Both the position numbers and the translations under genes were made by a program. The notes beneath the pieces were generated by a model. The model made no database searches and was not told where the DNA came from. It saw only the letters and a list, made by a program, of their open reading frames with translations. 64,000 nt of DNA from positions 2,237-66,236 of the forward strand of contig CALWTE010000015.1 of the NCBI GenBank assembly GCA_944384375.1, given 5' to 3'. This document shows, one piece after another, positions 28,587 to 39,400 of the stretch. Position 1 is the first letter of the stretch; every line of letters begins with the position of its first letter. The stretch comes from an uncultured Clostridia bacterium. Its GTDB lineage: Bacteria > Bacillota > Clostridia > Christensenellales > UBA1242.

Positions 28587-28615
28587 ATTATAACATAGTT
28601 ATAGTTTTAAGTCAA
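28587..28615 (-). promoter_or_regulatory. Sigma-A promoter for tRNA-Gly
   Basis: Minus strand TTGACT-17 nt-TATAAT with TG at the extended -10 position. Confidence 0.7.
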
Positions 28616-28770
28616 GGAAAAATGCATTATCAAATTTAAATTATTTATCATTAAAACTATAATTAAAATTAAATATTTAACATCTGTAATAAATTTTGCT
28701 ATAAACACTTACTATCTAGCAATTTAAAATTAGTCTTTTAATTTAAATAAAAGTTTATGTTAAAATGGGG

Positions 28771-28790
28771 TGAACCCCAAAAGTTGGACA
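28771..28790 (+). mobile_element. Isolated IS3-family-like terminal repeat remnant
   Basis: TGAACCCCAAAAGTTGGACA; no partner end or transposase seen. Confidence 0.3.
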
Positions 28791-28883
28791 AAAATTTAAT
28801 ATTTATATTTTGTATTTTGAGTTGAAATAAATTAATTTTTTAACAATTTTTAAGTATTTTTTAAGCATTTATTTAATTTTAAT

Positions 28884-29405
28884 TTAAATAGTTTTATCTG
28901 AGTTGCGAATAGTTATAGTATTAGTCATTTGGCAATATTTTTTGTTTATTAACTTTTCATAGCGAATTGTTTTTGCGTTCATTCCCATACTTTCATAAAA
29001 ACGTACAGCGCTAGTATTAAAGGCGTAAACATTTACTTCAATAGTAAAAATTTTATTCTTTATGGCGAGATTTTCTACATAATCATATAATTCTTGCCCT
29101 ATGTGTTGATTGCGTTTTTCTTTATCTACAATTATATTTTCTATAAACCAAATTTTGTGCTGTTTATATGCTGAATTTTTCACAGAGTCCCTTTCGGACA
29201 ATAAAATATAGCCTAAAATTTTGTCGTTATCCACATATACAAAGCATTTTTGCAAAGGATTGTCTATTATGTCTTGCAAATATTGTGCCGTTACGCAGTG
29301 CCTATCATAATAAATATCTGGTCTAACAATATAATGCGATTTGAATAGTTGTTTTGCTAAATTTTGTATTTGTTTTAAATCTTGCATTTGTACTTCTCTA
29401 ATCAT
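28884..29405 (-). CDS. GNAT-family N-acetyltransferase
   Basis: IENIIVDKEKRNQHIGQEL (motif A), NVYAFNTSAVRFYESMG (motif B). Confidence 0.9.
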   Translation of the reverse strand: MIREVQMQDLKQIQNLAKQLFKSHYIVRPDIYYDRHCVTAQYLQDIIDNPLQKCFVYVDNDKILGYILLSERDSVKNSAYKQHKIWFIENIIVDKEKRNQHIGQELYDYVENLAIKNKIFTIEVNVYAFNTSAVRFYESMGMNAKTIRYEKLINKKYCQMTNTITIRNSDKTI

Positions 29406-29481
29406 TTTCTGCCCCTTGTGAAATTAATTATAGTATTATTTTACATAATTTTTGCAAAAATAAAAAGTATTTTTAGATACT

Positions 29482-30540
29482 TTAAGTGAAAAATTTTTCA
29501 TTGAACAGCACTTGCGGGGAATTTGGCTTGTAAATTTTTGATAAATTATGGTAGTGTCTGGCGGATTCTTTTTCGCCTAAGGCAAAACAGCACACGCACA
29601 ACTGAATGGCGGGAATATACCCAAAATAATCAGGTTCTATCCAGCCAGACTTGATTTTCTCGCATTGCAAGGCTAGTTTATACCAAAATTTTGCCGTGCG
29701 AAAATCTTTCTCATTAAAATACAACCTACCTAATTCGCAACAAATATTAGCACGTGGCGGGGCATAGGCAAAAGATTGCGTAAGACTGATTTTTGCATCT
29801 TCATATTTATTCTCTAATATATAGCATTTTGCCCGTATTAGACAAGCATCAATTTTGTTTTCTGCCCAACCGTCAGATTTTAAAAATTTATTTATCATTT
29901 TAATTGCTTTTTTGGGGTAATTGTTGTAGTACAATTCACGAGAATAATAGTACATGGCACGCGGTGAAAGGGGAGTTTTAGACTTCTCTAACTTTTGATA
30001 AATTTTTAAATTGCGTTTTGGTAGGGTAGGCTTTACTTTTTTGTGGTAAATTTTAATGTCGCTGTATTCAATATTGCCCATAGGCACGATTACTTCATGC
30101 ACAGGTTCTAGCCACTCAAAGCCAAAGTGATTGCGCACAATTCTTTCCCTGTAATACATAAACTTAGGTTGATTGTTAGCATCTACATTTTGTACATAAT
30201 AGCACATTATGCAATCGGGCAACTCGCTAGCATCTTTTTCACGCAACAAATTAATTTTTATTTGCTCACTTAATGGAATGGTATCGTCTGCATCAAGCCA
30301 CATAATATAGTCCATAGTGGCAAGAGAGAAGGAAAAATTCCGCGCTTTGCTAAAATCATCGCACCACTCAAAATCATAAACTTTGGACGTGTAGCGGTAG
30401 GCAATTTCCTTTGTATTGTCCGTACTACCTGTATCTACAATAATTATTTCGTCAGCAAAATTAATCACATCATTTAGCACTCTACCCAAAACATCTGCTT
30501 CATTTTTAACAATCATACATACACTTAATTTCATACACAT
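29482..30540 (-). CDS. GT2 glycosyltransferase with C-terminal TPR repeats
   Basis: LSVCMIVKNE, IIVDTGSTDNT, DFSKARN, WLDADD, VHE; TPR-like helices after residue ~190. Confidence 0.92.
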   Translation of the reverse strand: MCMKLSVCMIVKNEADVLGRVLNDVINFADEIIIVDTGSTDNTKEIAYRYTSKVYDFEWCDDFSKARNFSFSLATMDYIMWLDADDTIPLSEQIKINLLREKDASELPDCIMCYYVQNVDANNQPKFMYYRERIVRNHFGFEWLEPVHEVIVPMGNIEYSDIKIYHKKVKPTLPKRNLKIYQKLEKSKTPLSPRAMYYYSRELYYNNYPKKAIKMINKFLKSDGWAENKIDACLIRAKCYILENKYEDAKISLTQSFAYAPPRANICCELGRLYFNEKDFRTAKFWYKLALQCEKIKSGWIEPDYFGYIPAIQLCVCCFALGEKESARHYHNLSKIYKPNSPQVLFNEKFFT

Positions 30541-30595
30541 TATTTATGTAATTGCCAGCAAAAAAGTTAAAAATAAAAACGCCAATTTTAGCGTC

Positions 30596-31771
30596 TTATA
30601 AAATTCCCCAAATAAAAGTAATGAGCGTAACTACACTGGCAAGGAATATTGCGATATAGTAGAATAGGTAGTCCATATTTTTAGGCTTTTGATATTTATC
30701 AAATTCGCTGTAAATCATTGAATATAGCGGGTTGTCGCCGATTTCTCTTTCAAGATGAGTAATAGGTATGTCGCCTCTGTCAATCTTGTCTTTTAAGTCC
30801 TTTGCAGCCGCCTGACTAAATAGCGAATATAATTGCAACTTATCGTTAAAGTTGATTTCCTTTTCCATTTCCGTTCCTTTAGTTGATTCGTACAACTTTT
30901 TACAGAACGTATCAAACTTCTTTTGCTTTGATTCTACAAACAACCTACTTATCAACAAGGCAAGCAAGGTCAACACAACCAAAAGTATTAAAAATGCCAC
31001 AAGCAAGCCAGCAAACCAGTTAGACGTAATGAATTCCGTCATAGTATCCATAATCCCGCCACCAAACCAGCCATAAGCGCTAGCGTAACTAAGGTAAAGT
31101 GAGCAGAAGTTAGATGTTGCGTGGATAATCATAGCAGGGAATATGCTGCGAGTAATCATTGTAGAAGCGCCCAAAATCAAACCAACTACAAAAGCGTAAC
31201 CAAATTGTGCTACGTTTAAGTGCGCCAAACCAAACATTAAGGCAGATAGCAAAATCGCACGTTTTAAACCATTATTACGCATATTGCCGAGTAGCAATCC
31301 CCTGTGCGCCATTTCTTCGCCAAAGCCAGGTAAGAAAGAAGTAGAAACAACAGCCATTAGGAAGGCGAGCCAAACGGGCAACTCAGTAGTTGTCCCACTA
31401 GATGATGACGAGTACCCAAATAGTTGCAAGAGAAAAGACCAAAATGTAGATACAAACAATATTAATACGTAAGTAAGTATTCCTATTAAAAGTGAGTAAA
31501 TCACTGTTTTAAAGGAAACTTTTTTGATAAAAAAGCGTTCTTTTACTTGTTTAAAGTTTTGTTTGCATAGTAGCATCCACAAGCCTATAGGAATGGCAGT
31601 CAGCACTAAAAGTTGCATAATGGTAGCAAATACAAAATCGTTTAGCACACTGTCTAAACCATCAAAAATTCCTGTACCCCATAGAACACGCAGAAGTATA
31701 AAAATAACAATACTGATTAAATACACCAAACCTGCGTAAAAAACTTTCTTATCGTTAATTAGATTTTTCAT
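30596..31771 (-). CDS. CPBP-family (Abi/CAAX type II) intramembrane glutamic endopeptidase
   Basis: EEMAHRG, FGLAHLN, IIHATSN motifs; multiple TM helices. Confidence 0.88.
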   Translation of the reverse strand: MKNLINDKKVFYAGLVYLISIVIFILLRVLWGTGIFDGLDSVLNDFVFATIMQLLVLTAIPIGLWMLLCKQNFKQVKERFFIKKVSFKTVIYSLLIGILTYVLILFVSTFWSFLLQLFGYSSSSSGTTTELPVWLAFLMAVVSTSFLPGFGEEMAHRGLLLGNMRNNGLKRAILLSALMFGLAHLNVAQFGYAFVVGLILGASTMITRSIFPAMIIHATSNFCSLYLSYASAYGWFGGGIMDTMTEFITSNWFAGLLVAFLILLVVLTLLALLISRLFVESKQKKFDTFCKKLYESTKGTEMEKEINFNDKLQLYSLFSQAAAKDLKDKIDRGDIPITHLEREIGDNPLYSMIYSEFDKYQKPKNMDYLFYYIAIFLASVVTLITFIWGIL

Positions 31772-32751
31772 AATACTCCAAAACTACTTAATGTATAAAT
31801 TATCAAACAAATTACAGCTACCGCTATTGCGGGCCACCACATAGACTTGCGTTGTTTTGCTGGCAATATGGCTTGCTGGTCTAGGTAAACTTGCTCTTGT
31901 TCACTTATTTTAGGGAAGATTTTTTTCTTTAAGAAGTTAATAATAAAGTATGCAATCGCCCCCATAATAAGAATTCCCGCTATGCCGATTAGTACCATAT
32001 ACCATACAAATTCACTTTCGCCATAACTACCAGTTAATGCATAAGTAATGTAACTAATTATCAGCACAAGTGCATTATTTGCAAAGTGCATCAGCATTCC
32101 CAAACCTAAATTACGTGTGTAATAAACCACAAAACCTATAATTACGCCTAGAATAAAAGTGTAGGGGATTTGTTGTAAGTTCATATGCATTAGGCTAAAG
32201 AATGTAGCACTAACTAATACAGCAGTCCAAACTCCGTACTTGCGCAAACCATTCAAAATTACGCCACGAAACAAAAATTCTTCGCAAATAGCAGGAATTA
32301 GCGCCGTTGTAAATAATAGCAAGAATAAATTTCCTATGTTATCTAGTGCGATAGGTAATTCAGTACTTAAATCAAAGTTAATAAGTTGTAACAAACTTTC
32401 CCAGCACGCAATAATAGGGTTTATCAAAAATAAACAACAAATACTTAAAGCCAGCCCGAGTAGGTAGACCCACCATGGCGAAGTTTGTTTTATGCCCGTA
32501 CCGTCAAGGAAACTTACTTGATATTTTCTAGCAATAAGCACGGCAACAAGCAGAAAAGTCAATTCAGTTAAGACGCTTGCGATTAAAGATACTACGGGGT
32601 TTGTCGTTAAGTCGGTAGAGTCAGTGTTTATGCCTTGACCTACGATTACCAAAATCAAAGACAAGATAAAGGAAAGTAAAATCGGTGCTACAATTCCCCA
32701 GAAACTGCCGACCACACTATGCGGGTATTCAAAACGTAAGCGCTTTTGCAT
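31768..32751 (-). CDS. CPBP-family intramembrane glutamic endopeptidase
   Basis: EEFLFRG, FSLMHMN, LMHFANN motifs; overlaps the next gene by 4 bp. Confidence 0.9.
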   Translation of the reverse strand: MQKRLRFEYPHSVVGSFWGIVAPILLSFILSLILVIVGQGINTDSTDLTTNPVVSLIASVLTELTFLLVAVLIARKYQVSFLDGTGIKQTSPWWVYLLGLALSICCLFLINPIIACWESLLQLINFDLSTELPIALDNIGNLFLLLFTTALIPAICEEFLFRGVILNGLRKYGVWTAVLVSATFFSLMHMNLQQIPYTFILGVIIGFVVYYTRNLGLGMLMHFANNALVLIISYITYALTGSYGESEFVWYMVLIGIAGILIMGAIAYFIINFLKKKIFPKISEQEQVYLDQQAILPAKQRKSMWWPAIAVAVICLIIYTLSSFGVL

Positions 32752-32868
32752 TCCTTCTCCTTTGATAAACTGAATTTAATCTTTATTATATCATATAAAA
32801 GGCATATAAACAATAAAAAATAACTTAAAACCCAAAATTATTCATATTTAGGCAATAATGTATAAAAT

Positions 32869-33594
32869 TTATTGTTTAATTTTGAGTTTTTTTGTAATAA
32901 AATAGGAGAAAAAGTAATACACACCGATAAAAATCATAATTAGGAACATTACAACTAAGAATAAGTCAATAAACTCCTCAAATAATGTACACAAAAGCCC
33001 AAAAAATATACAGTTCGCTAGATTTGCTAATATTAAAACTATTACGCTCGGCCAAAATTTTAGTTTTAAAATGCTACATAACGCACTTGCACTCCACACA
33101 CCCGAAAAGGGAATAGGTAATAGACAAAATAAAAACACAATAGAGCCCTTAAAAAATAGAGTATTGTCTTTCTTTTTTATGGGTGTATTCTCTTTATTCG
33201 TAAATGTGATTTGTGCGGTGTTTTGTTCGGCGTTTTCAGTTGAAATTACATTTTCTTGTTTTTTAATTTTGTGTTTTTTGCTTTGCCTTGCTAGTTTTTT
33301 TACGTTTCGTTTTTGTATCCAGTCTAAGACGGCTTTGTCGCTGTGTTCAAACAGTTTTTTGCAGAATTTTATTTTTTCTAAAATTTTTCTAAAAGGCAAG
33401 AAAATTAATACAGCGATAAAACAAACTATTGTGCCACCGAGCAGACAGGCAAAAAAAGCCCCTACAGGACTGAGCGCTCCCGCTCCCCAAAAGGTAGTAC
33501 TCATTGCAAACGGCATAGCACCATGTACTTCTACAACGGGGAGCATTGATAGACAAACAGTAAATAAAAAGACTAGACCAGATGCAAATTCCAT
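32869..33594 (-). CDS. Small multi-drug export-like membrane protein (COG2426-type)
   Basis: SMLPVVEVHGAMP and FCLLPIPFSGVWSASAL resemble the P-x-x-E-x-R-G-A-x-P and P-x-P-x-x-G-x-W motifs. Confidence 0.7.
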   Translation of the reverse strand: MEFASGLVFLFTVCLSMLPVVEVHGAMPFAMSTTFWGAGALSPVGAFFACLLGGTIVCFIAVLIFLPFRKILEKIKFCKKLFEHSDKAVLDWIQKRNVKKLARQSKKHKIKKQENVISTENAEQNTAQITFTNKENTPIKKKDNTLFFKGSIVFLFCLLPIPFSGVWSASALCSILKLKFWPSVIVLILANLANCIFFGLLCTLFEEFIDLFLVVMFLIMIFIGVYYFFSYFITKKLKIKQ

Positions 33595-33685
33595 TCTTCA
33601 CCACCATTTTTTGAAATATTTTATTAGAAATAATGGCATTTAATGACTTATTAACAAGATTTAAATATTTTTCATAAACAATTCT

Positions 33686-34531
33686 ATGAATTTTTTAGAT
33701 AGTTTAGATAGAAATTTTAAGAAGTTAACAGATTTAGGTGCAGAACAAATTGAAATCGGCACTACATTTTTAAACCGTAAAATTTATGCCTTTTGCGTGG
33801 GGTGTGGTGAGCCGAAAATTATTGCACAGTACGCCATTCATGCAAGGGAATATATTACGTACCATTTGGCAAATCTACATATGGTTAAGGCTCTAAAAAC
33901 TTTACCAAAGGGCTTGGGCACGGTTTATTTTGTGCCTATTGTCAATATTGATGGAGTAGCACTTTGCATAGACGGAATTAAGTCTATTCCTGATGACGGT
34001 TTACGCAAGTTTTTGATTGAATTAAACCCCAGCCTAGACTTCTCACTTTGGAAAGCAAATGCTAGGGCTGTTGATTTAAACGTAAATTTCCCAGCACGTT
34101 GGGGTACGGGAAAATCAAACCTAAGAGAGCCGAATTCTCAAAACTATATAGGTAGGTCGGCGGGTAGCGAGATAGAGACGCAAAGTTTAATGAATTTTAC
34201 ACGCAAAATTAAGCCCGATTTAACTTTGAGTTTTCATAGCAAGGGCGAAGTAATTTATTATGATTTTCACCAAAAATTTGCGGATAAAGTAAGGGATAAG
34301 AAAATTGCCAAAGTGGTGAGCCGTAGCACAGGATACTCAATAGAACCGACAGGTAAAAGTGCGGGTGGATATAAAGACTGGTGTATTCAAGAGTTAAAAA
34401 TTCCGTCTCTAACTATTGAAGTAGGCAGTAATTCTTTGCCACACCCCATTAAACTAGAAAATCTGCCACAAATTTGGCAAAAAAACGAAAATGTTATAAT
34501 TGATTTGCTTGATTATTTACAGGCAAAATAG
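33686..34531 (+). CDS. M14-family zinc carboxypeptidase (gamma-D-glutamyl-meso-DAP peptidase-like)
   Basis: HARE zinc motif, NIDG, NARAVDLNVNF, SFHS, TIEVG. Confidence 0.88.
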   Translation: MNFLDSLDRNFKKLTDLGAEQIEIGTTFLNRKIYAFCVGCGEPKIIAQYAIHAREYITYHLANLHMVKALKTLPKGLGTVYFVPIVNIDGVALCIDGIKSIPDDGLRKFLIELNPSLDFSLWKANARAVDLNVNFPARWGTGKSNLREPNSQNYIGRSAGSEIETQSLMNFTRKIKPDLTLSFHSKGEVIYYDFHQKFADKVRDKKIAKVVSRSTGYSIEPTGKSAGGYKDWCIQELKIPSLTIEVGSNSLPHPIKLENLPQIWQKNENVIIDLLDYLQAK

Positions 34532-34571
34532 TATAATATTAAGTACAAAAGTTTTTTATTAAGGAGTACCC

Positions 34572-35024
34572 ATGCATACGCCTGAGTTTTTTATGCGACA
34601 AGCCGTACTTTTAGCGCAAAAAGCGGCTAGCCTAGACGAAGTGCCAGTGGGCGCTGTAATCGTGCAGAATGACAAGGTAATAGCCAGGGCATACAACACC
34701 AAAAACAAGAAAAAAGATGCTCTCTTGCACGCTGAAATGTCTGCTCTTGCTAAGGCGCAAAAGAAGTTAGGCGACTGGCATTTGAATGATTGTGATTTGT
34801 ATGTAACCTTAGAGCCTTGTCCTATGTGCGCGGGGGCTTGTATAAATACCCGACTGCGTACAATTTACTTTGGCGCATATGACGAAAAGGCGGGTTGCTG
34901 TGGCACACTGTACAATCTGCCACAGGATACCAGATTTAATCATAGACCAAACGTCGTAGGCGGGGTGCTAGAACAAGAATGTAGTACGCTTTTGACTCAA
35001 TTTTTTAAAAACAAACGCAAATAA
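34572..35024 (+). CDS. tadA: tRNA adenosine(34) deaminase
   Basis: EVPVGAV, HAE, TLEPCPMCAGA. Confidence 0.92.
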   Translation: MHTPEFFMRQAVLLAQKAASLDEVPVGAVIVQNDKVIARAYNTKNKKKDALLHAEMSALAKAQKKLGDWHLNDCDLYVTLEPCPMCAGACINTRLRTIYFGAYDEKAGCCGTLYNLPQDTRFNHRPNVVGGVLEQECSTLLTQFFKNKRK

Positions 35025-35039
35025 AAAGTAGGTGATTAT

Positions 35040-35879
35040 ATGGCAATTTTAAGTATGGAACAAGAAATTACTACTAAGGAAGACAGTTGGGTAGAATTAG
35101 ACAATATTTTTGCACGCACGCGCGAGCCACTAGACAGCGATGTTGCGGTAATTATTTTAAAGATTCATCACCCCGCATTTTTGGGTAATCGCAAAAGTTT
35201 TGATTATACCTTGTGGGGTAAGACCTTGACAGAATGGGTGAGCCTTGCCTTTGATACTTGCCCTATTTTAGAGTTGGAAACCACCGCATCTAGTGATATT
35301 CTATACACTATAAAACCTTATCTTAGTGATAAAAAATACACAGCAGTTTTCTATGCAGACACACCCCTTTTACAACGCAAAAACTTTTTAAACATAATTG
35401 ATTATGTCAAGACAAAGCGTATGAACGTTTGTAAGTTGGAGCGTGGCTATGTGTTTGTAACCGATTATTTGCGTACGGCAGAAAAATTGTATTCTAGCAC
35501 GTCAGCAAATCTTGATTTTAAAGACGACTTTTTGCTTGTTTGCGATATGGATAGCCTTAGTCGTGCTTCTACAATTTTAAAGGACAGAATACTAAAATAT
35601 CATTTAGAGCGTGGCGTACAAATTCTAGATACAAACTGGACAAGCATTGACGCAGATGTAATAATAGGGGAGAATGTGACGATTTACCCCGAAAACATTT
35701 TGCAAGGCAAAACCATTATAGGCGATAACGTAGTTTTGCAAGCGGGCAATACTATAATTAATAGCCAAATAGGGAATAATTGTGAAATAATTCACAGCGT
35801 AATTGACAGGAGTAAAATTCGTGACGGTAGTAAAATAGAGCCGTTTAGTTATATTTATCAGGGAGAAGTAAAAAAGTGA
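35040..35879 (+). CDS. Degenerate GlmU-like protein (partial nucleotidyltransferase fold + short left-handed beta-helix)
   Basis: YADTPLL, HLERGVQILD, IDADVIIGENVTIYP hexapeptide repeats; position directly upstream of pth; no N-terminal LAAGxGTRM motif. Confidence 0.65.
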   Translation: MAILSMEQEITTKEDSWVELDNIFARTREPLDSDVAVIILKIHHPAFLGNRKSFDYTLWGKTLTEWVSLAFDTCPILELETTASSDILYTIKPYLSDKKYTAVFYADTPLLQRKNFLNIIDYVKTKRMNVCKLERGYVFVTDYLRTAEKLYSSTSANLDFKDDFLLVCDMDSLSRASTILKDRILKYHLERGVQILDTNWTSIDADVIIGENVTIYPENILQGKTIIGDNVVLQAGNTIINSQIGNNCEIIHSVIDRSKIRDGSKIEPFSYIYQGEVKK

Positions 35880-36424
35880 GATTAATAGTTGGTTTAGGTA
35901 ATCCAGGGGCAGAGTTTGACAACACCCCACACAATGTAGGTTTTGCTGCATTAGACATTTTAGCAAAAGATTTAGGTGTCGTTTTCAAGAAAAAACGCAA
36001 GAATGGTTTGGTAATTGAAACCACTTTTGAAGGTAATGACGTTTTATTACTAAAACCCCTTACCTTTATGAATAATAGTGGCGATTGCGTCTTTGCCATT
36101 GCTCAAAAATATAGAATAGAACCAAAAGATATTTGCGTTATTTTAGATGACGTTGACTTGACAGCAGGCTTATGCCGTATTAGGTCTAACGGCTCGGCTG
36201 GCACACATAATGGCTTGCGTTCTGTTACCGCAAGGCTCGGCACGACAGAGTTTACACGTATTAGAATAGGTGTTGACTCGCCAGCACGTGGGGAAGATTT
36301 GGCTGAATATGTTTTAACTAAAATGGATTCAGCAACTCGCGATATTGTTTCAGTAGGTATTGACAAAGCAGTAAATTATGCTAAAATTTTTATGAAAGGC
36401 GAAAATATAGACGATACAAAGTAG
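35876..36424 (+). CDS. pth: Peptidyl-tRNA hydrolase
   Basis: LIVGLGNPG, HNVGF, KPLTFMNNSG, GSAGTHNGLRS, RIRIGV. Confidence 0.97.
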   Translation: MRLIVGLGNPGAEFDNTPHNVGFAALDILAKDLGVVFKKKRKNGLVIETTFEGNDVLLLKPLTFMNNSGDCVFAIAQKYRIEPKDICVILDDVDLTAGLCRIRSNGSAGTHNGLRSVTARLGTTEFTRIRIGVDSPARGEDLAEYVLTKMDSATRDIVSVGIDKAVNYAKIFMKGENIDDTK

Positions 36425-36430
36425 CCTAGG

Positions 36431-39400
36431 GTGGAAGAAATGCAGATACCTGTAAAATTTTTAGCACAAGATAGTAAAATAGTTGAATTTTTTGATAAAT
36501 TACACTCACAGTCACAAGTGAGTGTTTTTGGCTTAAATTTAGGTAGCCGTGTTTTTCTCTCTAGCCAAATTGAAGATTTTGTCTGTTTCGTAGCCGAAAA
36601 TGCCGAAAAGGCAGACGAGATTAGCAAAGATTTGATTTCATTAGGCAAAAAAGTGGCGACAATTACAAAGTTAAGCGATGACTTTACCTTTCACTTAATG
36701 GAATTTGGCAACACTGGGCTAAATTTACAAACACAAATTTATAATATAGTAAATAAAAAAGTAGATTGTTGCGTAATCACCCCCGAATTGCTGTGTGGTT
36801 GCTTTGCGCCAAAAGAAGTATGGGCACAGAGTAGCCTTAGTTTAAAAAAGGGCGATAATATTGACCCCGAAGAATTGCAAAGTAGTTTAGCCAGAATAGG
36901 TTATACACGTGTTGATTCTGTGGAAGAAGGCGGGCAGTTTGCTGTGCGCGGAGATGTCATAGATATTTTCCCTATAAATAGCGAATTGCCATACCGCTTG
37001 CATTTTTTTGATACTGAAATAGAGAAATTGACTACCTTTAATGTGCTTACGCAGTTTTCTATTAAGGAAGAAAAAGGCGTAGACATTTGCCCGAATGCAT
37101 TTGTGCTAGGAGAAAGGGAAATTCAAGATTTAAAAGCCGAATTATTGCATCAATTTGACTTGAATAAATCAAAAGCAGCCAAAGCAAAGAACCCTAGCGA
37201 ATTTTTGCAAGCCTTAGAGAATTTAAAGTACGTTAGCGATATGATAAATATTAATATTCCGCGTAATGCGTGGAACTTTATTTCCGCTTTTACGCAGAGT
37301 TCTTCTCTTTTAGAGTTGCTTCCCGAAAATTCGGTAGTAATTATAGACCAGCCAAAACAGTGCTTTGATGCTATTGCCGAATATACAGAGAGCGTGGGCG
37401 AGAGCATAGCAGACTTTATAAAAACAGGGCAATTAGTACCATTGCACAAGAATTTAATACCTAGTTTTGATAATATAAAACAGAGTTTAGAAAGTTTTTA
37501 CGCAGTATGTTTTCAGTCTATAATGGTGCAGAATAAATTCTTTAACCCAAAGGCCGTTATAGACTTTCAAGATTTGCCACTACCTAGACTAAATAACAAT
37601 TATGAGCAATTTGCCACCGAATTAAAGGAATTTCTAGACGGCGGGTATCGTATTATTTTAACAGTGGGTGAGTCTGCCAGTGCCGAAGATGTTTACTCAA
37701 ATTTATCTAAATACATTAAGTGCGAGAAGATTGCCAAACTAGACGATGCGTCTACTAGCCATATTAATATTTTGGTAAACTCGCTTTATCTAGGTGCTTT
37801 GTTTATTCAAGATAAACTAATGCTGCTGGGGGCGGTGGAGACAAAATTTGTCCGTGCGCGCGATAAGACGTGGGACAAGCAAATGGTAAAGGTTACCGAC
37901 CGCTTTACCTTACCCGAAGTGGGCGAGTACGTCGTGCATGCAATACACGGAATAGGCGTTTGCGAAGGTGTTACGCAACTTACCATAAACAACGCAAAAC
38001 GTGATTATATCGTAATCAGTTATAAAAATAATGACAAACTTTATGTCCCTACCGAGCAGTTAGATATGTTGGGTAGATATATAGGCGGGGAAAAAGCCCC
38101 GACGTTAAGTGCAATCGGGAGCAATGCTTTTGAAAAAGAAAAGCAAAAAGTCCGAGAAAGCGTGAAAAAACTTGCCTTTGATTTACTCGCCTTATATAGA
38201 GAAAGAGAAAAGTCCAAAGGTATTGTTATGCGAGTGGATTCGGCAACTATGGCTGAGTTTGAAAGTAGTTTTGGCTACACTCCTACACCTGACCAAGAAA
38301 AGGCTTTTGAAGATGTTTACCGCGATTTGGCAAGCGGCAAGATTATGGATAGGCTAATTGTGGGCGATGTGGGCTATGGCAAGACAGAAGTCGCTATTAG
38401 AGCCGCATTTGTGGCGGTAATGAGTGGATATCAAGTGGCTGTTGTCGTGCCTACTACCATTCTTAGCGAACAGCATTATAACACGTTCTCCGCAAGGCTA
38501 AAAAACTATGGCTTTGAAGTGCGTTGTTTAAACAGATTTAAAACAGCAAAAGAGCAAAAGCAAATCATTGAAGAAGTTAAAGACGGCAAGGTTAATATTT
38601 TAATCGGTACACATAGAGTGTTGAGTAAAGACGTGGAATTTGATAATTTAGGCTTGCTTATCATTGACGAAGAACAACGTTTTGGAGTGGGCGACAAGGA
38701 AAAAATCAAGAACACAAAGAAGAATGTACACGTGCTTACTTTGACCGCGACTCCTATTCCTAGAACCTTGCATATCTCACTTGTGGGAATTAGAGATATC
38801 AGCACGATTGAGACTCCACCACTAGATAGACTACCCGTGCAAACGGTGGTTTCGCAGTTTAGTTATAATTTAATCAGTACGGCGATAAAACGAGAGTTAT
38901 CACGTGGTGGGCAAACATTAGTCGTTTATCCTAGAATTGAAAATATTGAGAATTTTGCGAATAGTTTGCGCGCAGAACTGGGCGAAAGTGTGCGAATAGG
39001 CGTAGCACATGGCAGAATGGAAAAAAGCAAAATTGAGCAAGTAATTCTGGCACTTTATCAGGGTGATATTGATTGTTTGGTAGCAACCACATTGATTGAA
39101 AATGGTATAGATTTACCTAATGCAAACACTTTGTTTGTGGTGTCTGCTGAGCAGTTAGGTTTGTCGCAGTTGTACCAGTTACGTGGTAGAGTGGGGCGGA
39201 GCGATAAACTCGCATGGGCTTATTTTACTTATATGGACGAAGGCAAACTCACTAGCACCGCCTACGAGCGACTAGCGACTTTGATGCAATTTACGTCATT
39301 AGGTAGCGGGTTTAAAATTGCTATGCGTGATTTACAACTTCGTGGAGCGGGGAACGTATTAGGCCCAGAGCAACACGGACAAATGGAAAAAGTGGGCTAC

